In this document: positions 9,531-19,649 of the stretch, one piece after another
Position numbering within the stretch: position 1 is the first letter of the stretch
Layout: each line of letters opens with the position of its first letter
Assembly: GCA_022563595.1 (NCBI GenBank)
Contig: JADFNB010000013.1
Span: 9,695-73,694 of the forward strand
DNA length: 64,000 nucleotides
DNA from: Gemmatimonadota bacterium
GTDB lineage: Bacteria > Gemmatimonadota > Gemmatimonadetes > Gemmatimonadales > GWC2-71-9
Direction: 5' to 3'
Translations under genes and position numbers: made by a program
Notes under the pieces: model-generated
Seen by the model: only the letters and a program-made list of their open reading frames with translations
What the model was told of the DNA's origin: nothing
Databases searched by the model: none

Positions 9531-10511
9531 TTAGCCGATAAACAGGGGAAAGACGGGGAACTGGGCGGGATCGTCGAGGAGAAGTTGCACCCGGCCGACC
9601 TCGGGCGTGACCAGGTAGATCGCGTGGCGTCCAACCCCGGTGCCCGGATCTGCACCGAGGACCAACGCCCGGCCGTCGGCCGAGAACGCGTAGGTCGACG
9701 CCGCGCCGATCCGTACCTCCGGGCGCGCGTCGCTGACCGGCGCCATCACCGCTCTGGACCGCTCGGTGAAGAAAAACTCGGGGGTGTCGGGGTCGCCCGT
9801 GCCGATGACCAACGTGTCGGGCGCATCGACCCCGACGCGGACGAACGCCATGAGGAGCCCATCGGCGGTCCAGCGCGGCCAGCCGAAGATCGGTCGGTTA
9901 AGCAAGCGCGAGAACCCAAGGACATCCGTGTCCGAGCGCGCCGGGTCGCCGGGGTAGAGTATCGTGAGGAACATCGAGAGCGGCGTTACCGTGATGAGCG
10001 CCACGCGCCGGTTATCCGGGCTCAGCATAGGCGGCAGGACCGGATCGGCGTTGCCGTAGGGCAGCGTGTCGATCGTCCGGTTGGCGCGATCGAAGATCAG
10101 CACGGCTTGGACCGGCGCGTAGGATACGAGCGCCACGTACCTTTCGTCCTGCGAGAATGACACGAGCGACATCGAGGTCGGAATCGGATCGATGATCGTG
10201 TCCAGCCGGCCCGGGTTCTGGATTGACGAGAGCACGAGCACGCCGCCGGCACCGGAGCGGAGCAAGGCGACCACCTGCTCGCGCGGCGCGACGCCGACCG
10301 GTACGAGTCCCGCCGTCGCGCCGTCGAACGCCGTGGGTGGCGAACCGTCGGTGCGGAGGAGCATGTTGTCACCGGTGCCCTGTCGGTGCACCAGCACGAG
10401 CCGCACAGGCTGCTCGTCGGGTCGCTCAGGCCCGAGGCTGTCGTCGCATCCCACGGACGCGGCGCCCAACCCGGCGACCACGAGCCAACCCCATGACCTT
10501 CGCATGAACAT
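9531..10511 (-). CDS. putative lipoprotein with TolB/PD40-like beta-propeller repeats
   Basis: The lipobox-type signal is MFMRRSWGWLVVAGLGAASVGC. Repeated motifs LSPDNRRVA and FSADGRALV resemble PD40 blades. Confidence 0.55.
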   Translation of the reverse strand: MFMRRSWGWLVVAGLGAASVGCDDSLGPERPDEQPVRLVLVHRQGTGDNMLLRTDGSPPTAFDGATAGLVPVGVAPREQVVALLRSGAGGVLVLSSIQNPGRLDTIIDPIPTSMSLVSFSQDERYVALVSYAPVQAVLIFDRANRTIDTLPYGNADPVLPPMLSPDNRRVALITVTPLSMFLTILYPGDPARSDTDVLGFSRLLNRPIFGWPRWTADGLLMAFVRVGVDAPDTLVIGTGDPDTPEFFFTERSRAVMAPVSDARPEVRIGAASTYAFSADGRALVLGADPGTGVGRHAIYLVTPEVGRVQLLLDDPAQFPVFPLFIG

Positions 10512-10547
10512 AGAGTACCGGAGCCCCCGAGGTCAGTCAAACGCGAC

Positions 10548-11003
10548 ATGAAAGCCCAACGCCAAGCCGCCATAGTTGCGGCCGTACGAGCCCACCGGAT
10601 CGAGAACCAGGAGCAACTGCGCCGGGTCCTGCGCGATCAGGGCATCGACGTCACCCAGGCCACGCTGTCCCGGGACATGCGCGAGCTGGGGCTTGCCAAG
10701 CTGTCCGATCCCGGCGGTCGTCCCTACTACACCGCTCCGCTGGTCTCGGATGCGGTGCACCCAGCCCTCTCCCAGCTCGCGAGTGCCCTGGTTCTGTCGG
10801 TGCAGGGAGTCGGCCAGTTCCTCGTAGTGAAGACCCCGGCGGGCAGCGCCAATGCCCTGGCCAGCGCCCTCGATCACCAGGCCTGGCGGGAGGTGCTGGG
10901 CACGATCGCCGGGGATGACACGATCCTCATCATCACGCAGAACGAACGGGCGCGACGTACCGTCGCCGGCCGAGTGGAAGCTCTCTTGGGTGGTGGCGGT
11001 TGA
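10548..11003 (+). CDS. argR: arginine repressor
   Basis: The winged-helix N-terminus reads QEQLRRVLRDQGIDVTQATLSRDMRELG and the C-terminus carries the oligomerisation motif GDDTILII. Confidence 0.9.
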   Translation: MKAQRQAAIVAAVRAHRIENQEQLRRVLRDQGIDVTQATLSRDMRELGLAKLSDPGGRPYYTAPLVSDAVHPALSQLASALVLSVQGVGQFLVVKTPAGSANALASALDHQAWREVLGTIAGDDTILIITQNERARRTVAGRVEALLGGGG

Positions 11004-11049
11004 CGGAGCCAGGCGCCGTATTATTATACACGTACGCGCATAATCATAC
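11000..11049 (+). promoter_or_regulatory. putative sigma-70 promoter (TTGACG-16-TATTAT) with AT-rich ARG-box-like operator region for argGH
   Basis: TTGACG lies at 11000-11005 and TATTAT at 11022-11027. The AT-rich tract gtattattatacacgtacgcgcataatcatac stands out in a ~70% GC context directly upstream of argG. Confidence 0.5.
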
Positions 11050-11055
11050 GGAGTC

Positions 11056-12279
11056 GTGATGGGTGGACTGGTAGTGCTCTCCTACTCGGGTGGCTTGGAC
11101 ACGTCGGCCATCGTCCCGTGGCTGCGGGAAACCTACGATGCCCGGGTGCTGTGCTTTACGGCGGACGTCGGGCAGGGCAGCGTGGACCTTGCCGGGTTGG
11201 AGCAGAAGGCGATGCGGTCCGGAGCGGTGGGGTGCGTGGTCGAGGATCTCCGGGAGCGGTTCGTCACTGACTATGTCTTCCCCACGCTTCGGGCTGGTGC
11301 CGTCTACGCCCGCAGCTATCTGCTGGGGACGGCTATGGCCCGGCCCGTCATCGCGGCCGGGCAGGTGGAGACGGCCAGGGCGGCGGGAGCCACGGTGCTG
11401 GCGCACGGGTGCACCGGCAAGGGTAACGACCAAGTGCGTTTCGAACTCACCTATCAGGCGCTCGCGCCGGCCATGGATGTGATAGCCCCGTGGCGGGAGT
11501 GGTCGTTTCGAGGTCGCGCTGATCTGATCGCCTATCTCCGGGAGAAGGGAATGCCGGTGGACCAGAGCGAGGAGAAGCTCTACAGCCGCGATCGGAACCT
11601 GTGGCACTGCTCGCATGAAGGAGGGATCCTCGAGGATCCGGCCATGGCCCCGCCCGAAGACCTGTTCCAGATCACCTCTGATCCGACCCGGGCTCCTGCC
11701 GACCCCGACGACGTCACCATCGGATTCGAGGAGGGGGTACCGGTCAGCATCGACGGGGCTCCGCTCGGGTCGGTGGCGCTCGTGGAGCATCTCAACGACC
11801 TGGCGGGCTTCCACGGCATCGGCCGGGCGGACCTGATCGAGGATCGGCTGGTCGGAATGAAGTCGCGTGGAGTGTATGAGACGCCGGGTGGCACCGTTCT
11901 CCGACAGGCGCATCGGGAGCTGGAGCAGCTCGTGCTCGACCGCAGGGTCCTCGCGCTCAAGGACCAGCTCGCCCCGCGGTATGCGGACCTGGTGTATGAG
12001 GGTCGCTGGTGGACGCCGGAACGCGAGGCGCTGGACGCCCTCGTCGACGTGACCCAGCGTCATGTGACGGGCTCGATCCGGCTCCGGCTGTGTCGCGGCA
12101 ACGCTACCGTGATCGCGAGGGAGAGCCCGTTCTCGATCTACGACCCGAAGTACGCCACGTTTGGGGCCGATGACGTCTACAGTCACGCTGATGCTGCGGG
12201 GTTCATCCGCCTGTTCGGCCTTCCGATGCGGGTCGAGACGGCGGTGAAGGGTGCCAACGTGGGGGCGCTCAGCGCGTGA
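11056..12279 (+). CDS. argG: argininosuccinate synthase
   Basis: The ATP-binding N-terminus is VVLSYSGGLDTS. AHGCTGKGNDQVRFE and the conserved C-terminal half are also present. Confidence 0.95.
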   Translation: MMGGLVVLSYSGGLDTSAIVPWLRETYDARVLCFTADVGQGSVDLAGLEQKAMRSGAVGCVVEDLRERFVTDYVFPTLRAGAVYARSYLLGTAMARPVIAAGQVETARAAGATVLAHGCTGKGNDQVRFELTYQALAPAMDVIAPWREWSFRGRADLIAYLREKGMPVDQSEEKLYSRDRNLWHCSHEGGILEDPAMAPPEDLFQITSDPTRAPADPDDVTIGFEEGVPVSIDGAPLGSVALVEHLNDLAGFHGIGRADLIEDRLVGMKSRGVYETPGGTVLRQAHRELEQLVLDRRVLALKDQLAPRYADLVYEGRWWTPEREALDALVDVTQRHVTGSIRLRLCRGNATVIARESPFSIYDPKYATFGADDVYSHADAAGFIRLFGLPMRVETAVKGANVGALSA

Positions 12280-13712
12280 GAGGGTCCGAGGCGGGAACGT
12301 CGGCCTCCGACAGGGGCGCCGATACTCATCAGATGTGGGGCGGACGCTTCACCGGTGGCCCGGCGTCCGCACTGGAGGACTTCAACCGCAGCCTCCCGGT
12401 GGACTACCGCCTGTGGCCGCAGGACGTTCGGGCTGGGCGGGCGTGGGTTCGCGCCTTGGCGCGGGCGGGTATCGTGCGCCGCGCGGAAGAGGAGGCCTTG
12501 AGTGAAGGACTCGACCGGGTGGGCGAGCGTCTCGCCGATGGTGCCGCGCTGGGCGCACCCGACGAGGACGTACACACGCTCGTCGAGCGCCTGCTCTACG
12601 AGGAGGTCGGAGCCGTCGCGGGCAAGCTCAACACCGGGCGCTCCCGCAACGACCAGGTGGCAACCGATGTTCGGCTATGGACGCTCGAAGCCCTCGTCGC
12701 GGTGGACGCGGAGATCGCCCGACTCGGTGTTGCGTTGGTCGATCAGGCGAAGGCCGGAATGGACCTAGTGCTTCCGGGGTACACTCACGGCCAGCGTGCC
12801 CAACCGGTACGCTGGGCCTACGTTCTGCTCGCCCACGCCTGGCCACTCACGCGGGACCGCGACCGTATCGCCGACCTGCGCCGGCGCCTCTCCGACCTCC
12901 CACTTGGCGCCGGTGCGGTCGCCGGCTCGGGCGTGGAGGTCGATCGGGACTTCCTGTGCGAGCTGCTGGGCTTCACGCGCGTCGCCCCGAACGCCCTCGA
13001 TGTTACCGGCGACAGGGATTTCGTGGCCGAGACCCTGTTCGTCCTCACTATGTTGGCCACTCATATATCACGTCTTGCCGGCGAGCTGATGTCCTACACT
13101 TCCGCCGAGTACGGCTTTGTCCGGCTGGCCGACGAGTACTGCACCGGATCGAGTCTCCTACCGCAGAAGCGCAACCCCGATGTTCTGGAGCTTGCACGCG
13201 CCAAGGCGGCCCGCACCCTCGGCGACCTCGTGGCCTTGCTCGGCACGTTGAGAGGACTGCCCGCCGGTTACAGCAAGGATCTGCAGGAGGACAAGGTCTA
13301 CCTGTTCGACGCGGTCGATACCGTCCTGCTAACCCTTCCCGCCATGCGGGGTGCGGTGGCGACGCTGATCCCGGTTCCGGAGCGGATGCGGGCAGCCCTC
13401 GACGAGGAGCTGCTCGCGACCGACTTGGCGGATCTGCTCGTCACCCGCGGGGTGCCGTTCCGCGAAGCGCATGGGATCGTGGGGCGTCTGGTGCGGCGGG
13501 CGGAAGAGCTGGAGTGCCAGCTCACCGAGGTGCCGCCAACCGAGACGCGCACCCTTCACGAGTACATGCCGGAATTGATCGACGGCCTCGGCGGGTGGGA
13601 AGAATCGATCGAGCGCCGGCGGACCGCAGGCGGATCCTCACGGGCGGCGCTCCATGAGCAGCTGCGGACGTTGGAGACGGCGTTCGGCGAGCCCGGCCAG
13701 CTCTCGATCTGA
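12276..13712 (+). CDS. argH: argininosuccinate lyase
   Basis: The sequence contains MWGGRFTGGP and the fumarate-lyase signature GSSLLPQKRNPD. The GTG at 12276 overlaps the argG stop (GTGA). An alternative ATG start lies at 12333. Confidence 0.95.
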   Translation: MRGSEAGTSASDRGADTHQMWGGRFTGGPASALEDFNRSLPVDYRLWPQDVRAGRAWVRALARAGIVRRAEEEALSEGLDRVGERLADGAALGAPDEDVHTLVERLLYEEVGAVAGKLNTGRSRNDQVATDVRLWTLEALVAVDAEIARLGVALVDQAKAGMDLVLPGYTHGQRAQPVRWAYVLLAHAWPLTRDRDRIADLRRRLSDLPLGAGAVAGSGVEVDRDFLCELLGFTRVAPNALDVTGDRDFVAETLFVLTMLATHISRLAGELMSYTSAEYGFVRLADEYCTGSSLLPQKRNPDVLELARAKAARTLGDLVALLGTLRGLPAGYSKDLQEDKVYLFDAVDTVLLTLPAMRGAVATLIPVPERMRAALDEELLATDLADLLVTRGVPFREAHGIVGRLVRRAEELECQLTEVPPTETRTLHEYMPELIDGLGGWEESIERRRTAGGSSRAALHEQLRTLETAFGEPGQLSI

Positions 13713-13796
13713 GAGGCGAGCGCGCCGCACAGTCGTTGCAACCCGGGCGCTTGCAAGGCCTTACACCACGACTTAGACTTACCTCCATTCGGAGTT

Positions 13797-13834
13797 CCCC
13801 GCCCTTTCCGCTACGGAGCGGGCGGGGCTTTTGT
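13797..13834 (+). terminator. rho-independent terminator after argH
   Basis: The stem CCCCGCCC (13797-13804) / GGGCGGGG (13820-13827) is followed by CTTTTGT. Confidence 0.7.
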
Positions 13835-13846
13835 ACCTGGGTGCCC

Positions 13847-14404
13847 ATGCACGTACACTGCCTTGCGCTCAACGCGTCGTTCGAGCCGCTCACCATGGTG
13901 CCGATACGGCGTGCCCTTCGTCTAGTGATCGACGGCAGAGCCGAGATCGTCGAGGCGGACGGGGCCCGCCTAGTCCGGAGCGCGCGGCTGTCAGTGCCGC
14001 GGCCGGCTGTGATTCGGCTGGTGCGCTTCGTGCATGTGCCGCGGAAGTTCCGCCGGCAGGTCACCAATACGTTCCTGTTCGCGCGGGACGACTATCGCTG
14101 CCAGTTCTGCAGGCGCACCACGGCACAGCTGCGGCCGCGCGAGTGCCTTACCCGAGACCATCTCGTGCCGCTGTCCCGTGGAGGCACCAACGCATGGACC
14201 AACGTGCTGACCGCCTGCTCGACCTGCAACACCCGCAAGGGGAATCATCTGCCCGTAGAGTGCGGGATGCGGCCGATGCGTCAGCCGTACGAGCCGCATT
14301 TCGTCCACCTGAGCTGGGCCGTGAGACGGCTCACGCCGGTCCAGTCGAAGTACATTCGCATGTTCTACGGCGAGGAGACTCTCGCCGAGCTACGGGCACT
14401 CTAG
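13847..14404 (+). CDS. HNH endonuclease
   Basis: The sequence starts MHVHCLALNASFEPL and carries the HNH core CQFC...DHLVPLSRGGTNAWTNVLTACSTCNTRKGN. The ORF-track start at 13736 would run through the argH terminator, so I prefer the ATG at 13847. Confidence 0.8.
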   Translation: MHVHCLALNASFEPLTMVPIRRALRLVIDGRAEIVEADGARLVRSARLSVPRPAVIRLVRFVHVPRKFRRQVTNTFLFARDDYRCQFCRRTTAQLRPRECLTRDHLVPLSRGGTNAWTNVLTACSTCNTRKGNHLPVECGMRPMRQPYEPHFVHLSWAVRRLTPVQSKYIRMFYGEETLAELRAL

Positions 14405-14464
14405 GCCCTCGTACCCGCCGTCCCAGATGAGGGCGGACGCGGCCATATTGGGCCGGCTACAGCG

Positions 14465-14884
14465 ATGAAGTCACACACGCACTACCTCTGGTTCAACACC
14501 AAGAAGCGTCAGGAGATCATCGATATCACGGACGATGTCGCCGTGCAGGTCGAAGCGAGCGGCGTGGATGACGGAATGGTGTTGGTTTCAGCGATGCACA
14601 TCACCGCCTCCGTGTTTGTGAACGATCACGAGCACGGGTTGTGGCACGATATCCTCGAGTGGCTCGAAGGCACGATCGCGCCGTGGGACCCGGATCGGTA
14701 CCGGCACAACGAGACGGGCGAAGACAACGCCGCGGCGCATCTGCGGAGCCTGACCGTCGGTCATGAGGTGATCGTGCCGATCACCGGAGGGGCGCTCGAC
14801 CTCGGTCCCTGGCAGCGGATCTTCTACGGGGAGTGGGACGGCTGCCGGAAGAAGCGGGTGATAGTCAAGGTGATGGGGGGGTGA
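14465..14884 (+). CDS. yjbQ: YjbQ/UPF0047 family secondary thiamine-phosphate synthase-like protein
   Basis: The ~139 aa length and the motifs ITDDV and [12 protein letters not shown] fit this family. Confidence 0.8.
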   Translation: MKSHTHYLWFNTKKRQEIIDITDDVAVQVEASGVDDGMVLVSAMHITASVFVNDHEHGLWHDILEWLEGTIAPWDPDRYRHNETGEDNAAAHLRSLTVGHEVIVPITGGALDLGPWQRIFYGEWDGCRKKRVIVKVMGG

Positions 14885-14996
14885 GGGTGAGGGGGCGGGG
14901 GCGGCGCTCATACGTGGAGAACTCCGCGTCCATATTGAACCCCGACCCCAAGTCCGGTACCTTGAAGGGTTACCCGCCTCTCCTGGGGGAGAGCAT

Positions 14997-16568
14997 TTGA
15001 CGACGTTCCACCTGGCGGAACTCTTTTCCAAGCAGGTCGAAGAGCACGGTGGCCGCGAGTGCATTGTCGCGGGCAGGCGCCGGCTCACGTACGCCCAGGT
15101 GGACATGGAGGCGGGTGCCCTGGCGGCTGCGTTGGCCGACGTGGGCATCCATCCGGGTGAGCGGCTCGCGATCGATCTGCCGAATTGTGCGGAGTGGGTC
15201 GTGACCCTGCTCGCGGCGGCCCGTCTCGGGGCCGTGGTCGTACCCGTCACCACTTCCCTCGGATACCACGAGCTGAAGTATCTGCTCCGTCATGCGGAGA
15301 CGGGCCTGGTTGTAGCGGCTCAGACCGCCGGCGAACTCGAGTACCTCGAAACGTTCGAGGAACTCATCGCGGATCTTCCCGATCTGCACAACCTGGTCAC
15401 GGTGGGCCCGGACGAGATGTGGTACGACGACCGGATCTACCAGTTCGCCGATCTCGTGTCACGGGGGAAACGGCGCGAGCCGCCGCTCGTGGCACTCGAT
15501 CCGGCGACGGCGCCGCTGGCCATCGTATACACGTCGGGGACGATGGGCAAGCCGAAGGGTGCCGTGCTCACACACGGGAACTTGGTGGTCACGGCACTCG
15601 AAACGGTGCACGCGCTCGAGATCGTACCCGACGACCGTGTCTTGGGGGCGGTGCCGTTGTTCACCGTGTTCGGGGTGCACGTGGTGCTCTCCGCGCTCCT
15701 GGCTGGCGCGACGCTCGTGCTGCACGACGGGTTCGAGCCGGCCGAGGTCCTCGATCTAATGGAGCGGGAGAAGATCACCGTATGTCACGGAGTGCCCACT
15801 ATGTTCCAGCTCCTGATGCGCGACCCGTCATTCGGGAGCCGGGACCTTTCCGCCGTCCGGACCGGCATCATCGCCGGAAGCCCGGTATCCGTCGATCTGG
15901 TGCAGCGGATCCGGCGGTGGAATGACGTTCAGATCGCCTATGGTCTCACCGAGACGGGGCCTACCGTGACCATGACGCGCTTCGACGACGATCCGGAAGC
16001 GCGGTCGAGGACCGTTGGACGGCCGATCCCGGGTGTCGAGGTGCGCGTGATGGATGTTACCACCGGCACCTTGCATGGCCCCGAGGCGGTGGGCGAACTT
16101 GCGGTGAAGGGACCCAACGTCATGACGGGATACCACCGCATGCCGTTGGAGACCAAACGATCGATCACGCCGGACGGGTATTTCCTGACGGGCGATCTCG
16201 CCGCGTTGGACGAGAGGGGATACGTGACGATCGTCGGCCGCCGCAAGGAGCTGATCATCCGTGGCGGCTACAACATTGTTCCGCGCGAGCTGGAGGATGT
16301 CCTCCGCACGCATCCCGCCGTGGACGACGCCTGTGTAGTAGGCATCCCCAACGAGATTTTGGGGGAGCTGGTCTGCGCGTGCGTCGTGCCGGTAGAAGGC
16401 GCCATCGTGACCGCGGACGAGCTCAAGAGCTACGTCCGCGAACACGTGGCTGACTACAGGGTTCCGGACCTGGTCCGCTTCTTCGACACCTTCCCGCTCA
16501 CCGGGAGCGGGAAGGTGAAGCGAAGGGAGCTGGCGCAGGTCGTCGGAATGGAATTGGCTACGACGTGA
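14997..16568 (+). CDS. AMP-dependent acyl-CoA synthetase/ligase (class I adenylate-forming enzyme)
   Basis: The AMP-binding motif is [41 protein letters not shown] and the C-terminal GKVKRREL are also present. The start codon is TTG. Confidence 0.9.
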   Translation: MTTFHLAELFSKQVEEHGGRECIVAGRRRLTYAQVDMEAGALAAALADVGIHPGERLAIDLPNCAEWVVTLLAAARLGAVVVPVTTSLGYHELKYLLRHAETGLVVAAQTAGELEYLETFEELIADLPDLHNLVTVGPDEMWYDDRIYQFADLVSRGKRREPPLVALDPATAPLAIVYTSGTMGKPKGAVLTHGNLVVTALETVHALEIVPDDRVLGAVPLFTVFGVHVVLSALLAGATLVLHDGFEPAEVLDLMEREKITVCHGVPTMFQLLMRDPSFGSRDLSAVRTGIIAGSPVSVDLVQRIRRWNDVQIAYGLTETGPTVTMTRFDDDPEARSRTVGRPIPGVEVRVMDVTTGTLHGPEAVGELAVKGPNVMTGYHRMPLETKRSITPDGYFLTGDLAALDERGYVTIVGRRKELIIRGGYNIVPRELEDVLRTHPAVDDACVVGIPNEILGELVCACVVPVEGAIVTADELKSYVREHVADYRVPDLVRFFDTFPLTGSGKVKRRELAQVVGMELATT

Positions 16569-18277
16569 ATGATCGACTGACAAAGAGAGGATCGGCGGCA
16601 ACCTACGCCGAACCACTGCGAGACGCGCCCAATGCGGCGCTGCTGATCGACTTCGACAACGTGACAATGGGGATCCGGTCGGATCTTCAGGAACAGCTGC
16701 GTCGGCTGCTGGACTCGGAGCTGTTCAAAGGCAAGATCTCCGTTCAGCGCGCCTACGCCGACTGGCGCCGCTATCCGCAGTATATCGTGCCGCTGGCCGA
16801 GGCGTCCATCGACCTCATCTTCGCGCCCGCATTCGGCTCGAACAAGAAGAATGCGACCGATATCCGCCTGGCCATCGACGCGCTAGAACTGGTCTTCACC
16901 CGGCCGGAGATCGGTACCTACGTGCTGCTCTCCGGCGACAGTGACTTCTCCAGTCTCGTGCTCAAGCTCAAGGAATACGGGAAGTACGTGATTGGTGTCG
17001 GCATTCGCGAGTCGTCTAGCGATCTCCTGATCCAGAATTGCGACGAGTACTTCAGCTACAGTGAACTCACGGGATTGCTCCAGGAAGGTCAGGCCGAGCA
17101 CCGGCGGCGTGATCCGTGGGAGCTGGTGGTCGAGGCGACGACCCGGATGAAACAGGATGGCGACGTGATGCGATCGGATCGGCTCAAGCAGGTGATGCAG
17201 GTGATCGATCCGAACTTCGACGAGAAGGACGCCGGGTTCAGCAAGTACAGCAAGTTCCTGGTGGAGGCGGCGCGGCGCGGATTGTTGCGGCTCACGAAGA
17301 TGGAGAATGGGCAGTACGAGATCGCTATCGGCCAGAACGCGAACGTGCCACCGGAGGTCGAGTCGGCGTTGGCGGCCGCAGGAAAACCCGCGGCCGAGCC
17401 GCGTACCCGGCGCCGCCGGGGCGAGCGCGAGAAAGGTCGGGAACGGGCTGGGGGCCGTGGCGCCGCACGGGGCCTGCCGCTAGCCGCGGCGTTCGATCTA
17501 CTGCGCGAAACGCTCACCGCATTGGGTGCCGTTGGCGAGGAGGCGACCGACGCGGCTCAGGTGCGCGAACGGATGGTCGAGCTGAGCGAGGACGGTGAGG
17601 ATCCCATCTTCGAGGGCAGCCGCTTTCAGCGGCTCCTGCGGCAGGCACACGATGCTGGTGTGATCGAGCTTGCCAAGAGAGACGACATCTATCTGGTGAA
17701 GCTCAGCCCGCCGCCGCCGGCCACGGAGACCGATGCGCCGAAGGTGCGGCGTGCGCCGCGCGCCCGTGGGCGCCGGCGCGCCGAAACCAAGAAGGACACC
17801 GCCCAGGCGGCGGAGGTCGGGGAACCGGAATCGGAACCCGCAACCGACGTGGAAACGGCCGTGCCGGCGCGCGGCACCAAGCGTAATCCGCAGTTCCGCC
17901 GCGGCGCACGCGGCGGAACCTCCACGGCCAAGGCCGAGAGCAGGCCGGTGCCTGGGCCGGCGGAGCCCGAAGCCGCCGTTGTGGAGACCGCTCCCGCGGT
18001 GGACCGGGGGCGTCGCTCGGTCCGGGGACGCCGCGGAGGGCGATCGCGCAAGGCCGCAACAACCACAGCGAAACCCGCTGCGAAGGATGAATCGACGCCG
18101 AAGTCCGTGGATGAGGTAGCGCCGCCGCGGATGCCGGAGCCCGAGACGCCGCAGCCGGCCGCGGAGCCCGCGCTGGAGAATCAGGATGCCGGCAGCGGCG
18201 GCCTGCTCAGGCGAATGAGCGCGGCGCTTCAGCGGGCGATGGGATCGCAGGAGCAGGACGGGGACGACGACGGGTAG
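16565..18277 (+). CDS. NYN-domain nuclease-like protein with two OST-HTH/LOTUS-like domains and an Arg/Gly/Pro-rich disordered tail
   Basis: The NYN motifs are [10 protein letters not shown] and [26 protein letters not shown]. Two ~70-aa helical modules follow, then a low-complexity RRGARGG...[10 protein letters not shown] tail. The GTG start overlaps the upstream stop codon. Confidence 0.75.
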   Translation: MNDRLTKRGSAATYAEPLRDAPNAALLIDFDNVTMGIRSDLQEQLRRLLDSELFKGKISVQRAYADWRRYPQYIVPLAEASIDLIFAPAFGSNKKNATDIRLAIDALELVFTRPEIGTYVLLSGDSDFSSLVLKLKEYGKYVIGVGIRESSSDLLIQNCDEYFSYSELTGLLQEGQAEHRRRDPWELVVEATTRMKQDGDVMRSDRLKQVMQVIDPNFDEKDAGFSKYSKFLVEAARRGLLRLTKMENGQYEIAIGQNANVPPEVESALAAAGKPAAEPRTRRRRGEREKGRERAGGRGAARGLPLAAAFDLLRETLTALGAVGEEATDAAQVRERMVELSEDGEDPIFEGSRFQRLLRQAHDAGVIELAKRDDIYLVKLSPPPPATETDAPKVRRAPRARGRRRAETKKDTAQAAEVGEPESEPATDVETAVPARGTKRNPQFRRGARGGTSTAKAESRPVPGPAEPEAAVVETAPAVDRGRRSVRGRRGGRSRKAATTTAKPAAKDESTPKSVDEVAPPRMPEPETPQPAAEPALENQDAGSGGLLRRMSAALQRAMGSQEQDGDDDG

Positions 18278-18326
18278 GCGATCCAGGGCTCGGGTCCTTC
18301 CACCGGAGTTCTACGCGCGCGACACG

Positions 18327-18959
18327 GTGAGTGTCGCGCGTGCCCTTTTGGGATGTGTGCTGGAAAGCCGAATCCGTGGCGTCGTCACGGCCGGTCGTAT
18401 CGTCGAGGTCGAGGCCTACGTCGGCCCGCACGATCCGGCGGCACACGGATACCGGGGACGGTGCACCCAGCGCAACCGATGCCTGTTCGGTCCGGCCGGC
18501 ACCGGCTATGTGTACTTCATCTACGGGATGCACTGGTGCTTCAACGCCGTCACCGAAGCCGAGGGCTACCCGGCGGCGGTCCTGGTGCGAGCGTTGGAGC
18601 CGCTGCGGGGCAGCGACGCCATGCGTCGCCGCAGAGGTAACGGTGACCCGCAGGCGCTCTGCTCGGGGCCGGCGCGCCTCTGTCAGGCGCTGGGTATTAC
18701 CGGCTCACTGAACGGGGCGTCGTTGCGGGGACCGCGCATCCGCATCCTCCGTCGCGAGACCGACACGCCACCGGAGGTGGTCGTCGGGCCGCGAATAGGG
18801 ATCCGGCGTGCAGCGGATTGGCCGTTGCGGTTCGTGGCGCGTGGGTCGATGTGGACATCGCGCCCGGAATCCGGGGCCGGGGCGCGTGGTCCCCGTACGC
18901 CGGCGTCGCGGGCGCAATGGAAACGTAGGGGTGCGCCACCGCACACCGATACAACCTAG
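18327..18959 (+). CDS. mpg: DNA-3-methyladenine glycosylase (Mpg/AAG family)
   Basis: The sequence reads VARALLGCVL, GRIVEVEAYVGPHDPAAHGYRG, and GPAGTGYVYFIYGMHWCFNAVT. The conserved PPEFYARDT is in frame just upstream of the first available start, so the true start is uncertain. Confidence 0.85.
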   Translation: MSVARALLGCVLESRIRGVVTAGRIVEVEAYVGPHDPAAHGYRGRCTQRNRCLFGPAGTGYVYFIYGMHWCFNAVTEAEGYPAAVLVRALEPLRGSDAMRRRRGNGDPQALCSGPARLCQALGITGSLNGASLRGPRIRILRRETDTPPEVVVGPRIGIRRAADWPLRFVARGSMWTSRPESGAGARGPRTPASRAQWKRRGAPPHTDTT

Positions 18960-19603
18960 CGCTGGGTCGTGACCGCCTCGTGCGAGGGGCCGATCGCGAC
19001 CCGCAGGCCGCCGGTCAGCGCGTGCTGCTCGCTCGTGATCAGGAAGTTGTTGCTCGGCGGCATGTACTGGTAGGAGCCGAACAGCGCCCACTTGCGGCTG
19101 AACCGGAGCTGGACTCCGGCGATCCCGAACGCGAACGCGCGGGTCGCGGCCTCCTCGACACGTCGCAGCAATGCCGAGTCTGTGCTGCCTTGCGCCGTGG
19201 CATCGGTGATCTGATGGATGGCGATCCCGCCACCAAGGAAGATCTGTAACTTCCCGTCGCTCGGGATCGCGATGAGGCCCGCCTGGATCCGGCGCCCGCT
19301 GTCGAACGTGACCGTGCGCATCCCTCCCGGCGCGGTCCCGTCCGAGACTTCGGAGGTCGCACCGTTCGGGAAAAAGATCTGGTCGATAGCGAAGTAGAGC
19401 GCCGAACGGCGGCCCGTGATCAGCCAGTGGCCGCCGACGCTGAACGCGGTCTGGCTGCTGACCGTCGGAGTCGAATAGAAGAACGCGCCGCTCTGCGCAC
19501 CCCAGTACCACTTGCGCTGCCACGCGTCGGCCTGGGCGAGCGCCGGACCTGCGGTCATCGTGACCAGCAACCCGCCAACGAGAATCCCTGACAGTCTGCG
19601 CAT
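18956..19603 (-). CDS. small outer-membrane beta-barrel protein (hypothetical)
   Basis: The signal peptide is MRRLSGILVGGLLVTMTAGPALAQ, preceded by GGAGGAG. Amphipathic strands alternate along the sequence. The ORF-track N-terminal extension is not credible. Confidence 0.6.
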   Translation of the reverse strand: MRRLSGILVGGLLVTMTAGPALAQADAWQRKWYWGAQSGAFFYSTPTVSSQTAFSVGGHWLITGRRSALYFAIDQIFFPNGATSEVSDGTAPGGMRTVTFDSGRRIQAGLIAIPSDGKLQIFLGGGIAIHQITDATAQGSTDSALLRRVEEAATRAFAFGIAGVQLRFSRKWALFGSYQYMPPSNNFLITSEQHALTGGLRVAIGPSHEAVTTQR

Positions 19604-19649
19604 CAGCCTCACTCCTCCGAACGGTGTCCCAGAGCCGCCTCGTGGCGGC

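Noticed and set aside
11044-12186. A 380-aa minus-strand ORF lies opposite argG. Similar long antisense ORFs lie opposite rho (33158-34075), the M50 protease gene (34273-35259), the DUF819 gene (43168-44298) and atpD (59062-60045).
   Set aside because: Each overlaps a gene with unmistakable conserved motifs on the other strand. Their translations are Arg/Gly/Pro-rich without motifs, so they are high-GC artefacts.
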